A stretch of 64,000 nucleotides of DNA from NCBI GenBank assembly GCA_964343575.1, contig CAYFJV010000002.1, positions 257,585 to 321,584 on the forward strand. The letters are read 5' to 3'. A model generated the notes under the pieces. That model was not told the DNA's origin. It saw only the letters and a list, made by a program, of their open reading frames with translations, and did no database searches. The position numbers were made by a program, and so were the translations under genes. Numbering within the stretch: the first letter of the stretch is position 1; every line of letters starts with the position of its first letter. Of the stretch, positions 1-9,417 are shown piece after piece. This stretch comes from an uncultured Methanosarcinales archaeon (GTDB taxonomy: Archaea > Nanobdellota > Nanobdellia > Woesearchaeales > GW2011-AR9).

Positions 1-604
1 GCTCCACTGGACGCCAATCGTCTTGCACTAAATCTGCTTCTAGCCAATCGGCGAGCGCTTGGGGGTTGCCAATGGTTGCAGAAAGTCCTACAATTTGTGG
101 CTGGATAAGCCTTTTGAGAAGTGTAAGGATGATTTCTAGGGTTGGGCCCCTGCTTGGATCATTAAGCAGGTGGATTTCATCAATGACAACGAGCTTTACT
201 TCGGAAAGCCAAGCAACTTTGTGGCGAATAAGTGAGTCTAGTTTTTCTACTGTGAGTACAAGAAGATCGTTGTGGGCAAGGTAGGGGGAGGGTGAATCAA
301 TGTCGCCAGTTGATTTTGCGACTTTGTAGCTGGTGCTTTCTAGAAGTTTTTGAAATTCCTTGTATTTCTCATTGGCAAGTGAGCGCAGAGGCACCAAGTA
401 GATGGCTTTTCCTTTGTCTAAAGTGTTTGCAATAGCCATGCTTGCAACAAGGGTTTTGCCCGAAGCAGTTGGCGCGCAGATGAGCTGGCTTTTGTTTTCA
501 AGAAGTCCGGCTTGCACTGCTTTTGCTTGGATGGGAGTTAAATTTGGGAATTTGTTATAGTTTGTTTTGAAGTACCCTGGCAAGTCTAGTTTGGCAATTT
601 CCAT
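1..604 (-). CDS. hel308: Hel308/Ski2-like DEAD/DEAH-box helicase, N-terminal part (runs off the window; absent from the ORF track)
   Basis: Manual translation from ATG at 604: MEIAKLDLPGYFK...LTPIQAKAVQAGLL...ICAPTASGKT (Walker A), YLVPLRSLANEKY (motif Ia), VVIDEIHLLNDPSRGPTLE (motif II). Confidence 0.88.
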   Translation of the reverse strand, partial: MEIAKLDLPGYFKTNYNKFPNLTPIQAKAVQAGLLENKSQLICAPTASGKTLVASMAIANTLDKGKAIYLVPLRSLANEKYKEFQKLLESTSYKVAKSTGDIDSPSPYLAHNDLLVLTVEKLDSLIRHKVAWLSEVKLVVIDEIHLLNDPSRGPTLEIILTLLKRLIQPQIVGLSATIGNPQALADWLEADLVQDDWRPVE

Positions 605-828
605 TTTCGTTTCTCTTTTGCTTCGCTTCTGTGGGTAGAAAACATTTTATAATTTTGTTGCCTGTTGGGAGGTGAAGGTTTGTTTTCCTCCTGTTTGTAC
701 AGGGAAAGCTTGCTTTTCTAGAACTTAGTTCTAGTTGTCATTTCAATGTGATGAACTCCTAAAATCAAAAAATTTTGTTTTTTTAGAGCGAAGTTACTGT
801 TTTTTGTGCCGTTTTCTCGTCGATTTTG

Positions 829-844
829 CGAAAAGCTTATAAAC
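829..844 (+). promoter_or_regulatory. BRE + TATA box of the S-layer gene
   Basis: CGAAAAGCTTATAAAC matches the archaeal BRE(cRnaA)-TTWTAWA consensus, about 155 nt upstream of the ATG; SD-like GAGGTG at 984-989. Confidence 0.6.
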
Positions 845-999
845 GAAAATGGGGGTTTCGTTAGCAATTACGCTATATTTCCGCTAGATATCCGTCTGTG
901 AAAACGAAAAAGGATCTTCGCCTTGGAGTCCTTTTCGGAATTTTTGTGGGTGGAAGTCTGAGGAAAGAGAGGTAAATTGACACGAGGTGTATGTAAGTA

Positions 1000-3594
1000 A
1001 TGAACGCAAAAAAAACTTTTAAACGGCTTACGGCGGTTGCTACCGGTGCAACTTTGCTAGGAGCTACAATGATGGGTGCGTTGGCTGCAGATTTGAGCGA
1101 GTATCCAGATATGTTTGTTTCAGAGGGAGCATTCGATGGAGCATTGGTTATTGGATCAATTGCAGATCCAGTGGACAACATAGCTATCACTGACATCGCG
1201 ACCAACATGTGGGTTGCAGGGGCAGATGCTACAACAAGTACTTCTGTTGAAGGAGATTCCTACAAGTTTGGTGAAGGCGGAAACATGCTTGAGTTCGAAG
1301 AAGGTCTTGTGAACTTGACAACCTTCCTAGATTCAGATGATCTAGACGCTCTTGATGCTTGGACAGTTGATACTTCCAAAGGATCTGGAACTTATGATCA
1401 GTATCTTCGATTCTCTTCAGACTCGTCTGCAAGGGTTGTTTTTGAGGAAGCTGATGATGAGGATGATACCACTGCACTCTTCCTGAAATTGAGTGATAAC
1501 GAGCAGTTTGCTCAGTACCACATGGATTTCACTCAGGATATCGAGTCAGACATCGTTTCCGGTGAGTGGGAAGATCTAGAAGATGAAGCTTTCTACATCT
1601 TAGGAAAAGAGTACTCTGTAGTTTCCACTTCCAACACTTCCGTTAGAATGGATCTTATGACTGGTACCGTTAAAGGGCTCCTTCAAGAAGGAGAGGCTCA
1701 AACCTACACAATTGATGGAACTGAATATGACATCGAGCTTCACTCCGTTGACTCCGACAGCGAAGCGAAGTTTATCATCAACGGTGAGCTTACTCGATCT
1801 CTTGCTGATGGTGAGACTGAAAGGCTTGATGGCGGTATCAACTTTGGTGTTAGCGATGTGACTAACCAGCAGATTACTGGTGGTATTCGTGATGCTGAGT
1901 TCTGGCTAGGTGCGGATAAGATTCGAATTGAAGACTCCGCTACTATGCAAGTAAACGATGAGTCTATCAACGGTCTTGTGTCTGAAATTACTAACTCTCA
2001 GACTGGAAGTGAAGTTACCATTAGTTCCATTAAGGTAAACATGACTGCTCAGGATGATTATTGGGTTCCGGCGGGTGGATACCTTAGCGAGAACTACAAT
2101 ATGGAAGAGCCAGAGCTTGTTTTCACCGAGAACTGGGACTTCTACTTCGCAGGTTTTGCTGAAGAGTTGAGCAACCCGATTGATCTGAAGTCTGATGGGG
2201 GAGAAGAAGGATATTCTCTTACTTTCACCAACGTAGCTGGAAACGCAGTCAAGTTTAGACTTGCTTACGATGGAAGTAGTACTCCTAAGAACGCAGATAA
2301 TTCTGGAACTACCACTATCAATGGTCACTTCGGTGATAAGGATGAGATCCTTCACATCACAGCGGCTAGTACAGAGAACCCTATCTATGACGATGAGTGG
2401 TTCATCTTGAACACTGATACTGATAAGGATTCCGAGACCTATGTTGTGCAGTATAAAGGGCATGATGATAACGACACTTCAGATCCGAAGTTGAAGTTGA
2501 GTATCCACGGTCTCGATGATGGTGTTTCTGTTACTCGAAACGTTGACATCGAGTCTACTCAGACAACTGCGATCTTGAGCCTTGGCGGTGACGAGTTTAC
2601 CTTTACCATCAGTGATCCTGATGAGAAGGACTCTAACATCACTGCGATCTCAGGTGGGTCTTACTCTGGTCAAGAGAACCTTATCTACACAGAGTATGGG
2701 GCAAAGATGTTTCTTACTACAAGTGAAGGAGCTTCTGCGGCAAGGAACACCACTGCGGGGTTAATTTATGCAGGAACAGCAGACACTAACGACGATAACA
2801 GCACCATGGTTGGTGGAGAGTTGTTGATTAACATCACCGAGTTTGATACCAACAGAATGGATGATTACACAGGTGGCGACCTTGTTGCTTATAACATCAC
2901 TGCAAGCAGCAATGAACTAGATGCAACTAAGTATGGTGGAATCTCCTTGATTGAATCCGACGCTAACGAAGATGTTAATGAAGGATACAGCACCTATGGT
3001 AGTTTTGTAAGTGAAGATGCTGGTGACTCTGATCAGAAAACCAGTGTGACAATTACTTACCCGGCAACCCAGCTTGAGGCAGGAGTTTACGTTACCTCTG
3101 GAGCTGCAACCGCTACCACTGTTGCGACTGGTGATCTTGAGAGAGTAGACGTTCCTTCAGTGAAGCTTGACAGCGAGCTAGCTAGCTTGTCTGCACAGCA
3201 TGTAATCACTGTTGGTGGTCCTTGTGTAAACACTGTTTCCGCTGAGCTTCTTGGGAGCCCTGCTGACTGTACCGAGGGATTCACTCCTGGTGTGGCTCGA
3301 GTAAAAGTCTTTGAAAACGGAGACTATGTGGCTATGCTAGTGGCAGGATACTCTGGTGACGACACTCGATTAGCTGGTCAGGTTATCGCTAATAGATGGG
3401 CTGAGATGTCTGGTGAAGAAGTTGAGATTGAAGGTACTACCTACATGGACGCAACTTTGAGCGCACCAAGTGTTGCAGCGGCAGCTGATGTTGCAGACGA
3501 TGTTGTTGATGACGTAGCAGATGCAGATGATGCAACTGCTGACGACACAACTGCAGATGATGCAGCAACTGATGACACAACTGATGCAGAATAG
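1000..3594 (+). CDS. S-layer glycoprotein
   Basis: Signal peptide followed by ADLSEYPDMF..GALVIGS.A..DNIAITDI; C-terminal VITVGGPCVN..AELLG and LVAGYSGDDT motifs typical of archaeal S-layer N/C-domain proteins; highly acidic; about 9 N-X-S/T sequons. Confidence 0.85.
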   Translation: MNAKKTFKRLTAVATGATLLGATMMGALAADLSEYPDMFVSEGAFDGALVIGSIADPVDNIAITDIATNMWVAGADATTSTSVEGDSYKFGEGGNMLEFEEGLVNLTTFLDSDDLDALDAWTVDTSKGSGTYDQYLRFSSDSSARVVFEEADDEDDTTALFLKLSDNEQFAQYHMDFTQDIESDIVSGEWEDLEDEAFYILGKEYSVVSTSNTSVRMDLMTGTVKGLLQEGEAQTYTIDGTEYDIELHSVDSDSEAKFIINGELTRSLADGETERLDGGINFGVSDVTNQQITGGIRDAEFWLGADKIRIEDSATMQVNDESINGLVSEITNSQTGSEVTISSIKVNMTAQDDYWVPAGGYLSENYNMEEPELVFTENWDFYFAGFAEELSNPIDLKSDGGEEGYSLTFTNVAGNAVKFRLAYDGSSTPKNADNSGTTTINGHFGDKDEILHITAASTENPIYDDEWFILNTDTDKDSETYVVQYKGHDDNDTSDPKLKLSIHGLDDGVSVTRNVDIESTQTTAILSLGGDEFTFTISDPDEKDSNITAISGGSYSGQENLIYTEYGAKMFLTTSEGASAARNTTAGLIYAGTADTNDDNSTMVGGELLINITEFDTNRMDDYTGGDLVAYNITASSNELDATKYGGISLIESDANEDVNEGYSTYGSFVSEDAGDSDQKTSVTITYPATQLEAGVYVTSGAATATTVATGDLERVDVPSVKLDSELASLSAQHVITVGGPCVNTVSAELLGSPADCTEGFTPGVARVKVFENGDYVAMLVAGYSGDDTRLAGQVIANRWAEMSGEEVEIEGTTYMDATLSAPSVAAAADVADDVVDDVADADDATADDTTADDAATDDTTDAE
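3481..3591 (+). repeat. Degenerate acidic coding repeat (DDVA/DDTTA units) at the S-layer C-terminus
   Basis: ADVADDVVDDVADADDATADDTTADDAATDDTTDAE; DNA units such as GAYGACACAACTG recur. Confidence 0.7.
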
Positions 3595-3603
3595 GCTTAG
3601 GCC

Positions 3604-3632
3604 TTTCTTTTTTCTTTTTCTTTTCCTTTTTT
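3604..3632 (+). terminator. Oligo-T archaeal terminator after the S-layer gene
   Basis: TTTCTTTTTTCTTTTTCTTTTCCTTTTTT starting 10 nt after the stop codon. Confidence 0.6.
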
Positions 3633-3716
3633 GAGACGTCTTCTTTTTGGCTTTGAGATTTCTTTTCCCTTTTTGCTTTCAGAAGCTTAATAAAAACAAG
3701 CACTTCTTTAGTCCTC

Positions 3717-4592
3717 ATGCAGGCCTTGACTTTCCTTAGAGATTCTTTTTCCTTAGTTCGTGTTCGGCAATGGTACAAGAACCTCCTTGTCTTTCTCGCG
3801 CTTTTTTTCTCTGGACAGCTTTTTGTAGCTTCAGAATTTTTGCTGCTCTCTTTGGCCTTTTTGTCCCTTTCTTTTGTGGCTTCTTCTTACTATATTATCA
3901 ATGATCTTATTGATTTGAAGAAAGATAGCTTACATCCAGAGAAGAAACATCGACCTTTGGCTTCTGGAAGAATTAGTACTCTTTGGGCTATTTTCTTAGT
4001 TTTTCTTTGTCTTTTTGCGGGCTTGTGGCTTGCATTTAGCATTACTTTGCTCTTCTTCTACTTCGCTCTTCTTCTCTTTTTTGTGAGTGTTCTTTACTCC
4101 ATTTTCTTGAAGAAGATACTTTTTGCTGACGTTTTAACCATTGCGGTTTTGTTTGTTCTACGCGCAATCTCGGGAGCTTTTGTTATTGGAGTGGTCATTT
4201 CTCCTTGGCTCATTCTTTGTCCCTTTTTCTTGGCCCTTTTTCTTGCTTTGGGGAAAAGGCATGCGGACCTTTTGTTGCTCGGACCAGTGAAGAAGGCAGT
4301 CAGAACTCGAAAGGTGCTTGGACAGTATACCTTAGAATTAACAAGTAGTATGATGCTTTTGGCAACCTCTTTATTGGTGATCTCTTACGCCCTTTATTCC
4401 TTCTTGAGCCCTTACAATTTTTTGCTTTACACCTTACCTTTTGCTCTTTTTGTGGTCTTTCGTTATTATGCTTTGGTGCAGCAAGGCTCGCCCATTGCTC
4501 GTGAACCCGGCTTCTTCTTTAAGGATTGGCAACTGGTAGTTGGGGTTGTGTTATGGTTAGCTTTAACTTATTTGTTGATTTACATGCTTTGA
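3717..4592 (+). CDS. UbiA prenyltransferase family, polyprenyl-phosphate phosphoribosyltransferase-like
   Basis: RVRQWYKNLLVF, YIINDLIDLKKDSLHPEKKHRPLASG, LALGKR motifs; multi-TM. Confidence 0.85.
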   Translation: MQALTFLRDSFSLVRVRQWYKNLLVFLALFFSGQLFVASEFLLLSLAFLSLSFVASSYYIINDLIDLKKDSLHPEKKHRPLASGRISTLWAIFLVFLCLFAGLWLAFSITLLFFYFALLLFFVSVLYSIFLKKILFADVLTIAVLFVLRAISGAFVIGVVISPWLILCPFFLALFLALGKRHADLLLLGPVKKAVRTRKVLGQYTLELTSSMMLLATSLLVISYALYSFLSPYNFLLYTLPFALFVVFRYYALVQQGSPIAREPGFFFKDWQLVVGVVLWLALTYLLIYML

Positions 4593-4685
4593 GTTGTGTC
4601 TTTGTTTGTAATGGTGTTGAAGGAGGTTTCTTCTTTGGTTTTTTGATTCAAAAGTTATATAAAGGCAGTTTTAAGATATTTTAAG

Positions 4686-5684
4686 GTGATAAACAGCCAG
4701 ATTTTTCTATATCTGATCTTAGGACTTCTCCTCTCTTTTACAGTCATGGCCTTGCCTTCTTGGATTAGGCGGGCTAAGGCAGCAGGATTAGTTGGAGAAG
4801 ATGTACATAAGATTGGTGAGAAAAAGGTTGCTGAGATGGGGGGTGTTATTGTTCTGCTTAGCTTTTTGCTAGGCATGTTGCTCTTCATTGCTTTTCAAGT
4901 CTTCCTTCTTGGGGAGGAAGGGATCATTACACCACTTCTTTCTATTTTGGTAGCTGTGCTTGTTGCAGGAATGATTGGAATTATTGACGATATCTTGGGC
5001 TGGAAAATTGGTCTTCGTCAATGGCAAAAGCCCTTGTTAACTTTGCTTGTTGCCCTTCCGGTTATGGCAGTTGATGCTGGGGTTCGAGTGATGTCGCTGC
5101 CTTTGCTTGGAGCAGTTGATTTGGGTGTGTTCTATGTTTTGCTTGTGATACCTGTGCTTCTTTTGCTCTCTACGAATGGGTTTAACATGCTAGCTGGTTA
5201 TAATGGTCTGGAGGCGGGCCAAGGTATTTTGATCTTAGGAACCTTGAGTTATTTTGCTTTTGTTAATCAGTTAGGGTGGTTGAGCATGGTTGCTTGGTGT
5301 ATGCTTGTCCCCGTCTTTGCTTTTTGGCTTTTTAACAAGTTTCCTGCCCGTATTTTTCCTGGAGATAGCTTTACTTACACTGTTGGTGCGCTTATTGGAG
5401 CAATTACGATATTTGCTGATCTTGAAAAAATATTTTTGATCCTTTTTGTTCCTTACATTATTGAGTTCTTCTTGAAATTACGTGGTCGTTTCAAGAAGGA
5501 AAGTTTTGCTCATTTGGCAAGCGGGGGGGCGCTTAAGCTTGGTAATGATGGAAAATGGTACTGTTTGACCCATATTGTGATTTCTGGACTTGAGTGGCTT
5601 AAGGTAAAAGTTACTGAACAACGAGTTGTGCTTGGAGTCCATTTTGTACAGTTGTTGTTTATTGCTTTGGCGTTTATTTTGTAG
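4686..5684 (+). CDS. aglH: UDP-GlcNAc:polyprenyl/dolichyl-phosphate GlcNAc-1-phosphotransferase (Alg7/AglH type)
   Basis: EDVHK..VAEMGG, IGIIDD, NGFNMLAGYNGLEAG, FNKFPARIFPGDSFTY are GPT-family signatures. Confidence 0.82.
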   Translation: MINSQIFLYLILGLLLSFTVMALPSWIRRAKAAGLVGEDVHKIGEKKVAEMGGVIVLLSFLLGMLLFIAFQVFLLGEEGIITPLLSILVAVLVAGMIGIIDDILGWKIGLRQWQKPLLTLLVALPVMAVDAGVRVMSLPLLGAVDLGVFYVLLVIPVLLLLSTNGFNMLAGYNGLEAGQGILILGTLSYFAFVNQLGWLSMVAWCMLVPVFAFWLFNKFPARIFPGDSFTYTVGALIGAITIFADLEKIFLILFVPYIIEFFLKLRGRFKKESFAHLASGGALKLGNDGKWYCLTHIVISGLEWLKVKVTEQRVVLGVHFVQLLFIALAFIL

Positions 5685-5718
5685 GTTGATAGATTTTGTT
5701 TGATTATGGTTTTGAGAA

Positions 5719-6396
5719 ATGGTTGATATGAAAAAAAAAATTGTGGCTTTGATTCCTGCCTATAATGAAGAATTGCACATTGCTCAAGTTATTGAGAGGG
5801 TACGCCCTCATGTCTCTCAAATTGTTGTTGTGGATGATGGAAGTTCTGATAGAACGGCGGAGCTTGCAAGGGCTGCTGGGGCAGATGTGGTTTTGAACCA
5901 TCCTGTGAACGGTGGGAAGGGTGTTGCTTTACAAACCGGTTTTTCTTATGCTTTGTCAACTGATGCATCTCATGTTATCACCATTGATGCAGACGATCAA
6001 CACGACCCATTAGAGATTCCTGCCTTTTTGCGTGAAATGGAAGAAAGTGGGAGCTCTATTGTCATTGGTGCTCGAGAAAGAAATAGGAAAATGCCAGGCA
6101 TTTTTCGCTTTGGGAATTATTTTTTGAATAATAGTTTTTCTGTGCTTTTTGGGACCAAGGTGAGTGATACTCAGTCTGGTTATCGTTTGTTTGCTGCGCA
6201 GCATTTGGCAGAGCTTCAGCTTGAGAGTGCTGGCTATGAGATTGAAACTGAGATTTTGGCCAAGGCCGGAAAGAAAAAAATGAGTATCAGTGAGATTCCA
6301 ATTTCTACCAAATATCACAATAAATATAAAGGGACAACCGTCCTAGATGGGGTACGCATCTTTATGAAAATGCTTTCCTGGAGAATTGGAAAATAA
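5719..6396 (+). CDS. GT2 glycosyltransferase, Dol-P-sugar synthase-like (start may be ATG 5728)
   Basis: IPAYNEE, VVDDGSSD, NGGKG.AL, DADDQH, DTQSGYR. Confidence 0.9.
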   Translation: MVDMKKKIVALIPAYNEELHIAQVIERVRPHVSQIVVVDDGSSDRTAELARAAGADVVLNHPVNGGKGVALQTGFSYALSTDASHVITIDADDQHDPLEIPAFLREMEESGSSIVIGARERNRKMPGIFRFGNYFLNNSFSVLFGTKVSDTQSGYRLFAAQHLAELQLESAGYEIETEILAKAGKKKMSISEIPISTKYHNKYKGTTVLDGVRIFMKMLSWRIGK

Positions 6397-6422
6397 TTTG
6401 CTTGGGAGTTGAGGAAAGAGAA

Positions 6423-6782
6423 ATGGTTTTGTTACAATTGGTTGGAGTTTTGTTCGCTGTAGTGATGCTCTACATCACTTATTTTAATTATAAACGAAAG
6501 GATTTGACTTTACGGGATTTGTGGTCTTGGGGAGCACTTTGGATTTTACTCATTATTTTGATCTTGTTCCCAGATGTAGCTTCATTTGTCTTTGAGCCTT
6601 TAAGTGTTCAAGGGGCATTGCAGTTTATTATCTTAGTAAGTATTGGGGTGTTGTTCTTGGCAGTCTTCAATAACTATTTGCTCTTGAAGAAAAACCAGCG
6701 TAAACTCACTGAAATTATTAGCAAGGTAGCAATTAAAAAACATCATGATGGTAAAGAAAGTAAAAAAAATCATGACCGTTGA
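6423..6782 (+). CDS. DUF2304-like small membrane protein (partner of GT2)
   Basis: Three TM segments, W..LW...LFP, C-terminal KLTEIISKVAI; directly follows the GT2 gene. Confidence 0.7.
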   Translation: MVLLQLVGVLFAVVMLYITYFNYKRKDLTLRDLWSWGALWILLIILILFPDVASFVFEPLSVQGALQFIILVSIGVLFLAVFNNYLLLKKNQRKLTEIISKVAIKKHHDGKESKKNHDR

Positions 6783-7488
6783 TTTAGAGGGAGATATCGG
6801 TTGTGGCTCAGCAAAAGGAGTTGAAGTAGTTCCAAAGTTGCTGGACTTTTTTTCTTCACATAATATTTCAGCTACTTTTTTTGTAGTCTCTTCTTTACTC
6901 GAGAAGTATGAAGATTTGGTTAAAGAGATTGCTCGCAAGCATGAAGTTGCTTCACATTCTCACTCACATAAGTTTTTTCAAAGTTCTGAGATCGCTTTAG
7001 ATGAAATGTCTAGATCTTTTGAGGAGTTAAGTTCTTATGGTTTTAAGGTCAAAGGGTTTCGAGCTCCTGGTTTTGTTGTGACTAAAGATCACTTTAAGTT
7101 GTTGAAGCAGGTTGGCTATACTTATGATTCATCACTTGCTCGCTTCTTTCCCGGACGGTATCGCCATTTGTCGCTTCCTTCCAAACCTTTTGTTCGAGAT
7201 GGCGTGTTAGAGTTTCCGATGCCTACATTTGTCTATCCTTCTGTGAATGCTGGTTTGAGTTATTTGAAATTGCTGGATCCTGTGTCTCGAGGTTTTGGTC
7301 AGCCTTACATGTTCTACTTGCATCCTTGGGAATTTCTAGAGAAGAAAGATCTTGGTGGTTCGGGTGGCTTTGTGCATAAGCTCTTGCAGAGAAATACTGG
7401 TGCTAAGGCTTGGGATTTGTTTGAGCGCTATGTGACAAAGAAAGAGGGTGTGCAGTGGGTGAGTTGCGAGAGGTGGGTTGAGAAGTGA
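6745..7488 (+). CDS. Polysaccharide deacetylase family protein
   Basis: TVDLE, ATFFV, HEVASHSHSH, GFRAPGF, YDSS, FYLHPWE. Confidence 0.88.
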   Translation: MMVKKVKKIMTVDLEGDIGCGSAKGVEVVPKLLDFFSSHNISATFFVVSSLLEKYEDLVKEIARKHEVASHSHSHKFFQSSEIALDEMSRSFEELSSYGFKVKGFRAPGFVVTKDHFKLLKQVGYTYDSSLARFFPGRYRHLSLPSKPFVRDGVLEFPMPTFVYPSVNAGLSYLKLLDPVSRGFGQPYMFYLHPWEFLEKKDLGGSGGFVHKLLQRNTGAKAWDLFERYVTKKEGVQWVSCERWVEK

Positions 7489-8069
7489 GCAATAACATAG
7501 TTCCAGTTCCTGTAGGGCAAGAAGAAGTTGTGTACTCGGGTAAAATTTTTACTGTTGTTAAGCAAAAGATGAGAATTGGTGAGAAAGAAGTCTATTTTGA
7601 GAAGGCAAGAAGGGCCCCTGGAACTCGTCTTTTGATTGTTAGAGGAAGGCAGATTCTTATGACTAAGGAGTATAGGGCTGAGCTAGGTGATTATGATTAT
7701 CGTTTGCCTGGTGGAAAGGTTTTTGATACTCTTACTGCTTATCAAGAAGCGCTTTCTAAAGATGATTTTTCTCTTCTTGATGCTGCAAAGGAAGCTGCAA
7801 GCATGGAGGCTTTTGAAGAAGCTGGGATTGTTGTTAAGAACATAGAACATTATCACACTGCTCACTCCGGGGCAACGGTTGAGTGGGACATGTATTACTT
7901 TTTGGTTTCTGAGTTTGAAGAAGGAGAGCAGCACCTTGAATCTGGTGAAGATATTGAGAAGTTTTGGCTTTCTTTTTCTGAAGCAAAGAAAATTTGTGTG
8001 GAAGGCAAAGTAAGGGAAGATAGAACACTTGGTGTACTTTTGGGGTTTTTATTAGGTTTAGAGAATTAA
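7485..8069 (+). CDS. NUDIX hydrolase
   Basis: LPGGK...AASMEAFEEAG Nudix box with an insertion; LESGEDIE. Confidence 0.8.
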   Translation: MSNNIVPVPVGQEEVVYSGKIFTVVKQKMRIGEKEVYFEKARRAPGTRLLIVRGRQILMTKEYRAELGDYDYRLPGGKVFDTLTAYQEALSKDDFSLLDAAKEAASMEAFEEAGIVVKNIEHYHTAHSGATVEWDMYYFLVSEFEEGEQHLESGEDIEKFWLSFSEAKKICVEGKVREDRTLGVLLGFLLGLEN

Positions 8070-8113
8070 CTTGTTTAGAAAAAGTTAAATAATCAGAAGC
8101 TCTTCTTTTCATT

Positions 8114-8326
8114 GTGGCAAAAAAAGGGATGAGAGCTTGGAGCAGCGGAGATTGGCTTTGGTTTGCTGCTTCTGAGCTTGCACTTTTTGCTTTTCTGTTT
8201 GTACTTTTACGCTCTCTGGGGGCTGAAGAACATGCGCTTTTTCCTTATTGCAATGTTGTTATCTTGTGGGCTTTGCTTAATTTTAGTTTCTTTGCTTGCC
8301 CTGTTGTAAGAAAGCACTTCTTTTGA
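8114..8326 (+). CDS. Small two-TM hypothetical protein
   Basis: 70-aa ORF with two hydrophobic segments filling the gap; TATA-like GTTAAATA about 24 nt upstream. Confidence 0.5.
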   Translation: MAKKGMRAWSSGDWLWFAASELALFAFLFVLLRSLGAEEHALFPYCNVVILWALLNFSFFACPVVRKHFF

Positions 8327-8349
8327 TCCCCTTGTAACTTTTAAGATAT

Positions 8350-9417
8350 TTAGATCCCAAGCCCTCTTCTTAACCACATGCCAGGAATTTGCGTCAGTTT
8401 AAGCGGTAATCTTCTCCAGATCTTAATTGCAAGATTGAATTTGCTGTTTGAAGGGTCTAGGTTAGGTGGAGCACTTGCTTTCCACAGTGCATAATAAGTT
8501 GGTAATTCTTTGAGTTCTGCACCCCATCTCTTTTTGAAAGTAAACTGGCCAGATTCTTCTCGAACTAAACCAAAGTCAAAAGTTTCATAGTCATTATCAA
8601 TTGCCCACTTAATGAAAGTCCAGTGCGTTGCATCGTTTGGCCTGAGATCTTGCACTTTGTGATCATAGATAGCGATGACAATGTGCACACATTTAGTTTC
8701 TTTTGTGGTGAAACCAACAAGCGCCCCTATGAGTTTGTTCTTATGGTAGGCTCCAAAGATTTTTGCTCGCTCTTTTGGAATAAGTTGCTTGTAAAGTGTA
8801 GTGAAATAGCGCTTGCCATAAGGTGGTGTACCAAAAGCCCGCATATTCTTGAGATAGAGTTTATAGAGTGGCCCCAAATCTTCTTGTGGAATCTCTCTGA
8901 CTTCAAGTCCCTTGAGAGATTTTTTTATGGCTTTTCTTTTTGATTTTTGAATACCTTTCCAAACAGTTTCTTCATTTGGAAGAGGAAGCTCGAAGCGTTT
9001 GTAGCGATTGATTTTGGTGAGGGCTTGTTTTGTGTGTTTAGGATCAAGCGCATCTTTGCTTCTGATCTCTAGAAAGTCATAATTGTCTTTGAACCGCTTT
9101 TTGAGCTCGCCTAGTAGTTCTGGAATGAGTGTATGATCACCACAGAATCCTCCGAACTCAATGTAAGCTGTTGAAAACACCCTCCTACCAAATATTTTTG
9201 AGTTTACAGGAACAATGGGGAGCATGAGTTGGATGTTCTTATCTTGCTTGTGGATGAGAGATGCAAAATGATACTCGCAGCTAAAGGCTTCTTTAACAAA
9301 GTCTCTGTATTGGAGAATATGTTCCTTGCTGTGCTTGTACTTTTTTAAGAAAAGTTCTAGTTGTTCTTTGCTTGGCTCCAAGGTAAAGGAGTATTCTTGC
9401 TTTAGCTCTTTGCTCAT
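8350..9417 (-). CDS. FemAB/GNAT-family protein (resembles the FemAB-like proteins of exopolysaccharide loci)
   Basis: Likely start MSKELK (ATGA overlap with the upstream gene); LYLKNMRAFGTPPY, FDFGLVREESGQFTFKKRWGA, NLDPSNSKF. Confidence 0.8.
   Translation of the reverse strand: MSKELKQEYSFTLEPSKEQLELFLKKYKHSKEHILQYRDFVKEAFSCEYHFASLIHKQDKNIQLMLPIVPVNSKIFGRRVFSTAYIEFGGFCGDHTLIPELLGELKKRFKDNYDFLEIRSKDALDPKHTKQALTKINRYKRFELPLPNEETVWKGIQKSKRKAIKKSLKGLEVREIPQEDLGPLYKLYLKNMRAFGTPPYGKRYFTTLYKQLIPKERAKIFGAYHKNKLIGALVGFTTKETKCVHIVIAIYDHKVQDLRPNDATHWTFIKWAIDNDYETFDFGLVREESGQFTFKKRWGAELKELPTYYALWKASAPPNLDPSNSKFNLAIKIWRRLPLKLTQIPGMWLRRGLGI

Noticed and set aside
873..3778. Antisense and alternative-frame ORFs over the S-layer gene (and similar short shadow ORFs across the window)
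   Set aside because: They are shadows of strongly biased coding sequence, with no recognisable motifs or promoters.
5731..5740. A10 tract at the start of a GT2 gene (also G7 at 5523-5529) as phase-variation switches
   Set aside because: Both genes are in frame, and A/T runs are common throughout this AT-rich sequence; there is no evidence without read-level length variation.
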